A DNA stretch of 64,000 nt. Origin: Candidatus Thorarchaeota archaeon SMTZ1-45 (GTDB lineage Archaea > Asgardarchaeota > Thorarchaeia > Thorarchaeales > Thorarchaeaceae). Below the pieces are notes generated by a model. It made no database searches. It saw only the letters and a program-made list of their open reading frames with translations, and was not told the origin of the DNA. Every line of letters starts with the position of its first letter. The first letter of the stretch is position 1. Both the position numbers and the translations under genes were made by a program. The stretch is from NCBI GenBank assembly GCA_001563335.1, contig LRSL01000069.1, positions 64,001-128,000 of the forward strand. Reading direction: 5' to 3'. Shown here piece after piece: positions 30,654-40,259 of the stretch.

Positions 30654-30726
30654 TTAAATCTGCTAATCTAGGAGATTATTTGGAATTCTCTGTATAGATG
30701 ATTGTAACTATTAGGTGGATGATTAG

Positions 30727-32421
30727 TTGAGCTCAAACATCCAAGTGATTCATTGCCTGAACAGACGTTGTGAAACATGTCCCGAAAAAAGTGATTATGG
30801 CTGTTTGAAGCTTAGGAATATCAAAGAATCAGGAGGCAAAAAATCACAGGTAATGTTGGCTGAGGCTAAAAGAGGCTTAATTCATTTCTGTAAGTTATCT
30901 GAATTAAAAGAAACAGAACCTCCTTGGAGAAGTGAAGATTGGGAAACCGTTTTCATAGGTGTAAACAATCATCTGTTTGAGGTTTTAGAAGAAGTAATTT
31001 CAATATACACAGTTGGAGCTTATCTTTCTATATTTAAACGAGGTGAGTATAATCAAACGGAGTTCATTACAGTTCCACTGGTTAAAACCTCTCTGGAACA
31101 TTCTCTTATTGTAGATCTGAGTCATACATCAATTCCGATTGGAGATGGAATGTCTTCCTTTAGAGAGGGTATTACTCAAAAACTGAAACAGAGTACTGAA
31201 GATATTTCAAAATACATTATGAATCTAATACCTGAGATTAATTTTGTTAGAAGATTAGCACTTTCTGAAATTATTGCTCATCGTCGAAGCGTTCTTGGAC
31301 CAATAATACCAATCATTCTTGATGATTTGGTGGAGGAGATTTTTTTTGATAGTCCTGAAACTACAATATATTTTGACCATCAAAAATATGGTAGGTGTAT
31401 TACCAATATTACTTTTCAAGAACAGGAGATATCAAGGATTATCACGCTAATCCGTGCTGAGAGTAATCTTCACCTCGATAGAAGTAATCCTTCTCTAAAA
31501 ACTGATTTACAGATTTATAATGCCTCAATGCGTTTTTCTATGAGTGTGCCTCCACTTAGTCCTGATGGATTGCACCTTGAGATTCGTAGAGCCAAAAATA
31601 GTGCATTTTCGGTTCATGATTTGATTGAAAATGAAACGATGTCTCCAGAAGTTGCTGCGATTTTGCTTTTTGCTGTTTCATGTCGATTTAATATCACAAT
31701 AACAGGAGGTCCTGGAGCTGGAAAGACAACTCTTTTGAATGCATTGGATATGACAACTCCAAAGTGGTGGAGAAAAATTTACATTGAAGATGCTATTGAG
31801 AGCAGAAAACAAAAGGATACTCATCAGATTCGATTTAGAGTAAATCCTATTGATGAGCAATCGACGAAATTTAGTAAGAGTGATGAAATAGTAAAATGTC
31901 TTCATAGGTCACCAGATTATCTTATTCTTGGAGAAATCCAGACAGCAGAGCATAGCAAAGCTCTATTTCAGGCAATAACTGCAGGTCTTCGTACTATCCA
32001 AACCTGTCACGGTGAGTCTGCTTCAGGTCTTGTTTCTAGATGGAAACTCGGGCATGAAGTCCAAAATGATAATCTTGCGTTAATGGATATAATAGTCACA
32101 CTTGAAAGGCCAACACCGGGTAAGTCAAAACGTAGAGTAAGTGAAATTGTAGAAATAAAAAGAAGAGTAGTAAATGGCATATTGGAATTTTCTGGTTTGA
32201 ATAAAGTATATGATTATAATCAAGGAGTCAAAGATAACTGGTTTCATGATGGAGCATTTATGACCCGTGCAAGGGATCTCGGATTTGAGAGTCATATTCC
32301 AGCCTTGAATACGTTGATTGATATAATTCGTGATAATGAGTACCCTTCTAATCTTGAGATGCTGAGTGAAGAAATGTGGTCCTATGGACATCCCATGAGA
32401 TTTGCTGAACGTGAAATATGA
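30727..32421 (+). CDS. type II/IV secretion ATPase (TadA/CpaF/VirB11 family)
   Basis: VEEIFFD, PPLSPDG, GGPGAGKTT, IEDAIE, SPDYLILGEIQ, TCHG. Confidence 0.88.
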   Translation: MSSNIQVIHCLNRRCETCPEKSDYGCLKLRNIKESGGKKSQVMLAEAKRGLIHFCKLSELKETEPPWRSEDWETVFIGVNNHLFEVLEEVISIYTVGAYLSIFKRGEYNQTEFITVPLVKTSLEHSLIVDLSHTSIPIGDGMSSFREGITQKLKQSTEDISKYIMNLIPEINFVRRLALSEIIAHRRSVLGPIIPIILDDLVEEIFFDSPETTIYFDHQKYGRCITNITFQEQEISRIITLIRAESNLHLDRSNPSLKTDLQIYNASMRFSMSVPPLSPDGLHLEIRRAKNSAFSVHDLIENETMSPEVAAILLFAVSCRFNITITGGPGAGKTTLLNALDMTTPKWWRKIYIEDAIESRKQKDTHQIRFRVNPIDEQSTKFSKSDEIVKCLHRSPDYLILGEIQTAEHSKALFQAITAGLRTIQTCHGESASGLVSRWKLGHEVQNDNLALMDIIVTLERPTPGKSKRRVSEIVEIKRRVVNGILEFSGLNKVYDYNQGVKDNWFHDGAFMTRARDLGFESHIPALNTLIDIIRDNEYPSNLEMLSEEMWSYGHPMRFAEREI

Positions 32422-32490
32422 GAGATGAATGTGGCTCTTTTTGAGGACCTTATAAGGAATAGACTATACTTGAGTTTAAGGTGGAATTCT

Positions 32491-32700
32491 TTGGTAAAGG
32501 ATGATAGTCTTCTTCGTAATGAGAAGGGAGGACCATTGGTTGAGGAGAGTCTACTTCTTGGTCTTGCAGTCGTTACGGTTTCCATTGTAATAGCAGTCAT
32601 CCTTCAGGCTACAGGTTGGGCACAAGATGTTGTTGAAGGATTATTGCAGCTTTTACAGGATAGCTGGAGTAGTCTGACTCAATTATTTGGTACACCATAG
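32491..32700 (+). CDS. Flp/TadE-like pilin with class III signal peptide
   Basis: LRNEKG|GPLVEESLLLGLAVVTVSIVIAVIL (basic-G cleavage site, E5, hydrophobic helix); RBS-like AGGTGG before TTG 32491. Confidence 0.7.
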   Translation: MVKDDSLLRNEKGGPLVEESLLLGLAVVTVSIVIAVILQATGWAQDVVEGLLQLLQDSWSSLTQLFGTP

Positions 32701-32785
32701 TGGCTGATCTGTCTTTGTGGGGAAAGGCTTATTTGTGGAGTTCAAAACGAGCCCCATCGCGCTCCGGACTGGCAGTTCATTAATG

Positions 32786-32894
32786 GCTCCGGTAGAACAT
32801 TGTAGACTACCTACAATGATACCGATTGTAGTCCGGCCCAGCATGGGGGACTCTCGATCCCCCGACCCGGGTTCAAATCCCGGCCGGAGCACCA
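32786..32894 (+). tRNA. tRNA-Glu(CTC) with a 31-nt intron at position 10/11 (32796-32826); CCA encoded
   Basis: GCTCCGG TAG|intron|TGT AGTCCGGCCCAGCAT GGGGGA CT CTC GA TCCCC CGAC CCGGG TTCAAAT CCCGG CCGGAGC ACCA; central helix CGGT/ACCG with AGA and ATT bulges. Confidence 0.9.
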
Positions 32895-32904
32895 TGTTTC
32901 AATT

Positions 32905-34881
32905 TTAACCTAGGAGATATCTTCGTCGAATAATCGGTATGGATGAAACTCCAACAGAAACAATGATTGCAATTACTAAACCAATCATGCCAATACCTTC
33001 TAGCGATTCTATATCAGCTATGGTTATTTCAATTAAGAATGATCCGTTTGTCGAGAGAACTGATTTTGAAGTTTCAGATTCATAGAATAAATTATAGTGA
33101 CCACTTATGAATGGAACCCTAAGATGAAGTATAAACATACCTCCTTCAGTGCTCACAGAAGAGAAACTAAGGTCTAACCATATGAAGTTCATCTGGACAC
33201 CTTGAATTAGTGATCCATTGAAACCTCTTAGTGTGAGCTGTATAGATAATTCATGAAGAGGAGCAATAATCTCATAGAAGTTAAGCTCAAGTCGTATGGG
33301 CATTACTTTAGTAACTTGAAAACTATAATCGTATTGAGCTAATGATTCGAATAGAGTATTGTTTCCATTGTATAATATAGAAGCAATGTATTGGTCTTCA
33401 ATATACGGAACCGAAAAAGAAAACGTAGCTTGACCATTAGAATCAGTGATTACAGAGAATTGGATTTCATTATTAATCAGAAGCTGTAGATGTTTGAATG
33501 AGGCATTTCCAGTCCAGTCATTCATCTGGATCTCGAGATAAATCTCCTGTCCTGGAGACGCATAATGTTCGATATTGGAGTTGATAACTGATATGATTGA
33601 AACTGACCAAGCTATGAAATTACATTTTGAGCTGGTATTCATGATGAATGAGTTGTTTGTGATTTCTATGTTTAGAGTATGAATACCTGGAGGTCCTTGG
33701 AGTTCATATCGAAAGATTGTGGTTATTTCAATGGAGTTTGAAGTTAGTATGAATCTCTGATTAGATGTAGAGTCATATATTGAAATTAGTGATTTTGGAA
33801 TAGCTCGTTTGAATAAATCAAAAACAGTGATTTCAATTTGGATATTTGACCCAATATCAACTGAATCAGGTATGTTGGTCATGATTTGTACAGGGCTTAA
33901 CACAGAAAAAGGGATTTCAAAGGTAGACTCAAAAAACCGTTCTGTACCATTATACTCTATCTTCAATGTATGGAGTCCTAGTATGAAACTTTCGTCAATG
34001 TTCATTTGAATGTGAGCAATTCCTGAGTTGTTGGTTGCAGTAAGAAGTAAGAATGTTTCATCGAAGAATACTTTTAGAAACTCATTTGCAAGTGAACCGT
34101 TTTCTTGAGATAGCTCAATATACAAGTCTATGGATTCATTGAGAACAACTTCATTTGGAATTGGAGTTTGAGGTGTAAGTGAAGTAGGTATTTTTGCTAT
34201 CTCGATTATGAATGTGATTTCTGATGAGTCTAAGAAATTGTGAAAGTCTTGATCATAGACAACACGGATTTCATTATCTCCTAGTGTGATCCATGAACTA
34301 TTACATATTATTTCGAAGTGAATACTTCCTGAAGTGTTGGTTGTATTCACTGCAAGTGGCATACTATCCTTGAAAACTGTTATAGTTGCATTTGATATTG
34401 GGTTATTTGCATCATCAATCATGTGGATTAAAAAAGAAAGAGTATCTCCTGGAGCTAGCAAACTGGGGACTTGATTGATTTCAATATTTGTGGAAGATAA
34501 TATTGTTAATACTATCCATTGACAGGATGATAATAGTGAAAGGGACTCATTACCATAGAATGTTGCATTGATAATTGTTGGTCCAAGAGTGTGATTTGAA
34601 GGAATATTCCACTCAATGAATGCAATACCACTACTATTTGTCTTGTCTGAACCTAAGTAGGTATCATATGTCTGGTCAAAAAAGAATATTTTCTGATTTG
34701 GTATGGGATTGCCATATGTACCATTCTGAAGAAGCATTGCAGTTATTGTAATTGTTTCCCCTCTAATTACTACTATTTCGCCCTCTGCTACAGCAGACTC
34801 AGTATTGAATGTAGCTAACGAGAGCAATATTAAGACTATGAGTATGATTGGGAAACAGTATGATTTTTTGATAATGTACAC
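32905..34881 (-). CDS. membrane-anchored surface protein with multiple Ig-like (Big-type) repeats
   Basis: Signal peptide; repeats TNSSGIA / TNTSGSI / TNNSGIA / TDSNGQA each followed by a YxG strand; C-terminal TM + RRR. Confidence 0.78.
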   Translation of the reverse strand: MYIIKKSYCFPIILIVLILLSLATFNTESAVAEGEIVVIRGETITITAMLLQNGTYGNPIPNQKIFFFDQTYDTYLGSDKTNSSGIAFIEWNIPSNHTLGPTIINATFYGNESLSLLSSCQWIVLTILSSTNIEINQVPSLLAPGDTLSFLIHMIDDANNPISNATITVFKDSMPLAVNTTNTSGSIHFEIICNSSWITLGDNEIRVVYDQDFHNFLDSSEITFIIEIAKIPTSLTPQTPIPNEVVLNESIDLYIELSQENGSLANEFLKVFFDETFLLLTATNNSGIAHIQMNIDESFILGLHTLKIEYNGTERFFESTFEIPFSVLSPVQIMTNIPDSVDIGSNIQIEITVFDLFKRAIPKSLISIYDSTSNQRFILTSNSIEITTIFRYELQGPPGIHTLNIEITNNSFIMNTSSKCNFIAWSVSIISVINSNIEHYASPGQEIYLEIQMNDWTGNASFKHLQLLINNEIQFSVITDSNGQATFSFSVPYIEDQYIASILYNGNNTLFESLAQYDYSFQVTKVMPIRLELNFYEIIAPLHELSIQLTLRGFNGSLIQGVQMNFIWLDLSFSSVSTEGGMFILHLRVPFISGHYNLFYESETSKSVLSTNGSFLIEITIADIESLEGIGMIGLVIAIIVSVGVSSIPIIRRRYLLG

Positions 34882-35151
34882 CCCCTCAGGGATGGTATTA
34901 GTTTCGTTCTTGTAATAGAATAATAATTGGGAGTAGAGAGAACAGATATTGTGTTCAAATATGGATCATATGGGATTGTTCCTCTAATGCTGCATCACCA
35001 TTTCATCAGTCTGTTTCTAGGTTTTTATTCTCCTATATAGTGACAATCGCTATGTGATTGATTTGGGGGTGTTCTTATGCCTAGTAGATGTACGATGATT
35101 CGGTTCCTCAAACAGCTATTCATAGACTAAGATGAAGATGAGGATGAATAG

Positions 35152-38100
35152 ATGCCATTTCAAACAACCCAACTAGAAGAAACAGGACTAGTTCCTCATG
35201 ATTTATTCAGAAAACAAAAATCATGGTTGAGCATAATTTGGATCATTGGAACCTTTTTTTCTGGAATCTATTTGTTTTTTGTTTATATCCTACCATTGAG
35301 TGGACTGATTAATACTCCTTTTATTCCATTCAAGACATTGGTTGAAATGGCTATCTGCTTAATTCCTATTTTTTTTGGATTATCACTTGCTATGAGAAAG
35401 ATTCGTATTCAGATTCCTTTGGTTTATGTTGAGAATAATACATTACTAGTTCACCTGGATACCTATATGATTGGAACATGTTGTCTTGATGTTGTATCAG
35501 TATCTGGTTCAGTTTATCTTGATGATAATGGAAAACCGAGGTACATTGATAGTATGCTATTGGCTATGCGCGCAGGAATGAGTAAATCAGTTACTATGGC
35601 TTTTGAGGTAGGAGTATCAAATGGTGAACCATTCTTACGATTTTTCGTAACTACATCTGGCTATAACTCAGGAGAAATTCATGATATTCTAAGAAGAGAA
35701 GCTACTAGGATAGAAGCGATTCTTTTGTCATCTCTAAAAAATGTGGAGCTGAAACTTCTAGAGGGGGAGTCATTACGAGATTGTGCTTTGGTTCATATTG
35801 AGGAAGTAAATATTGAATCTGAAAAGTTAGTTATCAAAGATAATATTGGATTAGTAGGTTTAATGGGATTACAAGGTTTACCTCGAGTATTTCCTACTCA
35901 GGAAGCTACTCAAGTAGGGACTTTTATTTCAACAGCACTTAGACAAGGATATTCAACAAGTATGACCTGCGTGTTTTCTGCTGCTAAACCTGGAAAAGAA
36001 AAACGTTTGCTTGAGAATCAATGGAAAAATATTCAGACAAAAGAGAAACGAAAAGAGGAATCGCTTCAGGAGTTTGCAACGAAGAAGAAATTACTGGTGC
36101 GTTATGAAGAAATTCAGGATAAAGCAGGTTGGTTTGATGTTACTGTGTATTTTAAAATTCGAGCACCATCTAGAAATCAGATTAATGCTTATTTGGATAT
36201 AATTAGCGGTCTTGTTCATTCAATATGGGGTGGCGATGATTCTATCAAGCTTACTCGTCAAAGAATATCAAAGCGGACTATATTTAGGATATTAACTCGA
36301 CGACATTTGAAACGTCAACGTTTACATATAGCTCGATTATCATCTTTTATTAACACACCAATTCAACAGTTACCTGTCATCACTCCAAAACAGACTCCAA
36401 TATTTTCAGTTCCTCCAAGGAGATTGATAGATAATGAGCTCGTTATTGGTGAGACAGTCTTTGGTGGTCGACATTTATCTAAAGTGGGATTAGAAGTTAA
36501 TTGGTTAAGAGATCATGTTGCAATCTTAGGGGCAACTGGAACTGGAAAAACAACAGTTGTCAAGCATCTTATGAGTCAATTGAGTATGAAAACAGATGTA
36601 TCTTGGTGGATTTTTGATCTCAAGGGTTCTGAATACCTTGATCTTGCTGGTTATGATGAGTCGAATATTCTTGTTCTTAGACCAGGCTTTGATACTTCTT
36701 TTGTGATTAATCTCATTGATGATGAAATGGCAAATGATGAGAATTATGCACATTCTACATTTGTGATATTACGAGAACTATTGAATGAAAGAGGTGATTC
36801 ATCTGAACTTTCTCCAGCAATGGAAAAATTACTTTGGGATTCTATAATGAGAATGGTGGATTCACTCAATCAAGGGAATTCAGTTCAGTTTTTAGTTGAG
36901 ATAGTATCAGAACTGGCAGGTAATGATCGTATAGGAAATATGACTAGAGATGCTTTACTCAATCGTCTTGAAATACTAATTCGTGAACCGCTAGGTACCA
37001 TACTTGGAGGTGGATCTGCAACAGTTCGATTTTCAGACCTGTTAAATAAACGTGTCATCTTTGATCTTTCATACGTTGCACGAATAGGAGGAATGGATTC
37101 TGCTCGGCTCCTCTACAATCTTGTCGCTAAGCGTATTTTTGATAGCGCAATGAAACGAGGTATCACAGAGGGATTGCATCATGTTGTTGTGTTAGAAGAA
37201 GCGAGTAATCTTGTACCAGAGAGCTATACAAGACACTCTGCTGCAGATGTGACAACTGGAGAATCTATGGTTATGTTGCAACGGGCTACTGGACAAGGTG
37301 TTATTGTGATATCAACCAGGCCGAATATATCCTCTAATATTCTAGCAAATACTTCAACAAAGATTGTATTTCGTTTACCATATGACAGCCAAATTGGTGG
37401 AAGATTTCTCTCTTTAAATGATGATCAGGAGCAGTATCTTAAGATGTTGAAACGGGGAAGAGCATTGATGAGTGTCCCTCACACTGAAACTTTTGAGATT
37501 GTCACAGAGCCATTTCATGGGTCTTTGATACAAAAGGATGAAACTATTCTATCTGAAAAAGAGCTGATTCATAGTATTGCAAAATCTACATCGAAAAAGA
37601 AAGAGGATTTGGGTGTACAAGATATATCTGAACCAGACAAAGATGTTAAGGAGCAGACACTTGTCTTTAATAGGCTCGATAGACTTGGGAGTCATGTCGT
37701 TGCATTTTTGGCCTCTGAAGAATGGGCAACCGAGGAGGAAATTCGTAATCTTCTTGCAGTTTTAGATTCCAATGTTGTAGATGATGATATATCAGAAGTA
37801 ATTCGCAATCTTGTATCATTAGGCAGTATAGAAAGAGAAGCCTTATCACTAGTCGATGGAGGATTTGTGTTTGCTCTTCCAGGAAAAGCCTTGAATGCTG
37901 TTAAACATGTGATTATTGAATATATATCTAAAAGACTTGGAATGGAATTCAATCCTTCTGCTATTTCTGAAAATCCGAATTGGCCAGATATTGTTCTTGA
38001 AGATAGAGCTTTGGTAATAATTCCTGAGCATCTGAGAGTATCATCATTGGAATTAACATTAGAAAAAATACGAAAACAAATGGGCAAGCTTCAGAATGGT

Positions 38101-38940
38101 GTAAGTGAGCTCATTGTTGTTGTCAGAGGAAGTGTAGCTGCTGCAAAGTTGAGAGAATTAATGGATTCATCAGAGGAGTTTAATGATGTTTGCGTTGTTT
38201 CAGCGTTTCCGAGGTCACTTGATTCTGTGATTGAAGGGTTAACTCATGAAGTTGATTTATCTAAAGAACCTTCGATTCAAACAAAACTAACTGATGATGC
38301 AGATTTGAATGGAGAAGTTGGTTTGATTGGTGCTATACATGATGTAGGATCCGCAACAAATCGAGCTATTCAGATTCGATTATGGTTTGGGCTTATTCAG
38401 GATTTAGTGGACATATCTAATGGTCAAGTTAGATGGGAGGAATTGTTGGAGTTCATTGAAACTACAGCTTTGCAATCATTAAAAGGTAGAACAGCTCCAT
38501 TGAGTATTGAAGAGGGTAAACGGGCTCTAACAGAACTTCTAGCTGATGAAGTTCTAATTGCATTACGTGTTAATGAAGAGTCTGAATTTGTAGAGCTTTC
38601 AAAAGGTCTCTGGTTGGTAAATTCGTCAGTTCTAAAAAGTTTGAAAGAAAAGGCAATTGTGAGTCTAGAGGAAGATCTGAAGAAATACCACTCTGAGGTG
38701 AAAAGAAATCATGGATATTATGATCTTTGTGTTAGTAATGCATCTTATGTCATATTTCCGAATCAACAACAATTGAATACGCTTTTGCATCTACATAGTG
38801 ATATCGCATGTAGGATGTGTAAATCGACAAAAGTTGTGTGTGTTTTAACTGCAGCAGAATATTTGGAGGAAAGTGTGACAACACCAAGTAATCTGATTAT
38901 CAAGACCATTGATGATAGAATATCAGCTTTTGCGACTTAA
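35152..38940 (+). CDS. membrane-anchored VirB4/HerA-like ATPase (CedB-like) with long C-terminal extension
   Basis: Two N-terminal TM helices; HVAILGATGTGKT, IFDLKGSEY, VVVLEEA, STRP, NTSTKIVFRL. Confidence 0.78.
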   Translation: MPFQTTQLEETGLVPHDLFRKQKSWLSIIWIIGTFFSGIYLFFVYILPLSGLINTPFIPFKTLVEMAICLIPIFFGLSLAMRKIRIQIPLVYVENNTLLVHLDTYMIGTCCLDVVSVSGSVYLDDNGKPRYIDSMLLAMRAGMSKSVTMAFEVGVSNGEPFLRFFVTTSGYNSGEIHDILRREATRIEAILLSSLKNVELKLLEGESLRDCALVHIEEVNIESEKLVIKDNIGLVGLMGLQGLPRVFPTQEATQVGTFISTALRQGYSTSMTCVFSAAKPGKEKRLLENQWKNIQTKEKRKEESLQEFATKKKLLVRYEEIQDKAGWFDVTVYFKIRAPSRNQINAYLDIISGLVHSIWGGDDSIKLTRQRISKRTIFRILTRRHLKRQRLHIARLSSFINTPIQQLPVITPKQTPIFSVPPRRLIDNELVIGETVFGGRHLSKVGLEVNWLRDHVAILGATGTGKTTVVKHLMSQLSMKTDVSWWIFDLKGSEYLDLAGYDESNILVLRPGFDTSFVINLIDDEMANDENYAHSTFVILRELLNERGDSSELSPAMEKLLWDSIMRMVDSLNQGNSVQFLVEIVSELAGNDRIGNMTRDALLNRLEILIREPLGTILGGGSATVRFSDLLNKRVIFDLSYVARIGGMDSARLLYNLVAKRIFDSAMKRGITEGLHHVVVLEEASNLVPESYTRHSAADVTTGESMVMLQRATGQGVIVISTRPNISSNILANTSTKIVFRLPYDSQIGGRFLSLNDDQEQYLKMLKRGRALMSVPHTETFEIVTEPFHGSLIQKDETILSEKELIHSIAKSTSKKKEDLGVQDISEPDKDVKEQTLVFNRLDRLGSHVVAFLASEEWATEEEIRNLLAVLDSNVVDDDISEVIRNLVSLGSIEREALSLVDGGFVFALPGKALNAVKHVIIEYISKRLGMEFNPSAISENPNWPDIVLEDRALVIIPEHLRVSSLELTLEKIRKQMGKLQNGVSELIVVVRGSVAAAKLRELMDSSEEFNDVCVVSAFPRSLDSVIEGLTHEVDLSKEPSIQTKLTDDADLNGEVGLIGAIHDVGSATNRAIQIRLWFGLIQDLVDISNGQVRWEELLEFIETTALQSLKGRTAPLSIEEGKRALTELLADEVLIALRVNEESEFVELSKGLWLVNSSVLKSLKEKAIVSLEEDLKKYHSEVKRNHGYYDLCVSNASYVIFPNQQQLNTLLHLHSDIACRMCKSTKVVCVLTAAEYLEESVTTPSNLIIKTIDDRISAFAT

Positions 38941-38941
38941 A

Positions 38942-39736
38942 TTATGATTGGATTCTTGTGCAAGTAATTGGTTCACTTTGTAGTAATAGCTTCAAATGAT
39001 CAGGTATTGTCAAATTAAAAATGATGATCTCTCTATCTATTCCTGCAATCTCAAGAAGTTCATTTACTTTTTTCATCATGCCACCAGTAACGTCTGTATT
39101 AGTTGAAGGTCCTGTTTTGGAAAGAATGATTTCCTTGTTTTCTCGATTTATTATGGGAATATGTTTAGCTGCAGGATTCAATTTTGGATTATCGTCTAAG
39201 ACTCCATCAACATCAGTTCCAATGAATATTGATTTTGCATTCATCTGTTTAGCAAGAAACACTGCTATTGTATCGCCACTAAGAATAGATGCTGTTCTTT
39301 CTTCATCAAAACAAACATCACCATGTGTTATTACAACTAATCCATTATCCAATGACCTCTTAATCGTGTCAGTTGGAAAATCTTGTATTATACCATTTTT
39401 CAAAGTAACAAAACAGAAAGGAGGAATTACTATAGCAGGTATTCCTATTTTATTTAGGCTGGTTTCTACAGATAATGCAAGTTTTGACATATTATGGCGT
39501 ATGGGTGGAATGCCTCTCAAGAGAAGTTCTTTGGGACTATTTGAATCTGCATATCCATACAACTGAGCAGCTTGATGGCCATGAGCTCCACCACCAAGAA
39601 CGATAATAAGTTCACCTCTATATGTTTGTAGTTCTTTAGTAATTCGATTCAAGTTTGCTATATTGATTCTTGGAGGTGATGATTCTTTGTGTGTTATCAC
39701 TGATCCACCTAATTTTACGATTGTGAGGTGTGTCAA
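38942..39736 (-). CDS. ipk: isopentenyl phosphate kinase
   Basis: VKLGGSVIT, GGGAHGH, HGDV, SGD, TDVDGV, DVTGGMMKK; start moved to TTG 39736. Confidence 0.9.
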   Translation of the reverse strand: MTHLTIVKLGGSVITHKESSPPRINIANLNRITKELQTYRGELIIVLGGGAHGHQAAQLYGYADSNSPKELLLRGIPPIRHNMSKLALSVETSLNKIGIPAIVIPPFCFVTLKNGIIQDFPTDTIKRSLDNGLVVITHGDVCFDEERTASILSGDTIAVFLAKQMNAKSIFIGTDVDGVLDDNPKLNPAAKHIPIINRENKEIILSKTGPSTNTDVTGGMMKKVNELLEIAGIDREIIIFNLTIPDHLKLLLQSEPITCTRIQS

Positions 39737-39878
39737 TTGTATCACATATATCAAGACGTGAGGCATGCTTATGGACGTTACTTTCTCAAGGTTATAGTGT
39801 GTCACACACAAGACAAGCTTTTTATCCAGTTCAGATTTGGAGGCATTTGACACCTCGCTAGCATTGAGGGATTCTTAA

Positions 39879-40190
39879 ATGACACAAAGAGCAAGAATCA
39901 GACTATCAAGCACAAGTACAGAACATCTTGATGGTGTTTGTAATCAAATTAAGAGGATTACTCGCAAGACAGGTGTCCGGATGGCTGGTCCTATCCCTCT
40001 ACCTACTCGTAGAATGGTTATACCTACAAGAAAAACTCCTTGTGGTCAAGGGTCTGAATCTTGGGACAAGTGGGAAATGAGAGTTCATAAACGATTGATT
40101 GATATTGATGCGGATGAAAGAGCTATCCGTCAAATAATGCGTGTAAGAATTCCGGACTCTGTATATATTGAGATTGAATTGACTGGATAA
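39879..40190 (+). CDS. rpsJ: 30S ribosomal protein uS10
   Basis: [28 protein letters not shown]. Confidence 0.98.
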   Translation: MTQRARIRLSSTSTEHLDGVCNQIKRITRKTGVRMAGPIPLPTRRMVIPTRKTPCGQGSESWDKWEMRVHKRLIDIDADERAIRQIMRVRIPDSVYIEIELTG

Positions 40191-40259
40191 TCTTCACTGA
40201 CACAAACTCTTTTTGCATAATATCACAAGAATTTCTACTGCTCATGAGGTATCTCGGAG

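Noticed and set aside
32683-32908. Two short ORFs (70 and 63 aa)
   Set aside because: Overlap tRNA-Glu; spurious translations
27137-38940. Integrated conjugative element or provirus
   Set aside because: No integrase, relaxase or att duplication seen; genes are interleaved with rpo8, TFB and a tRNA, so it reads as a resident system
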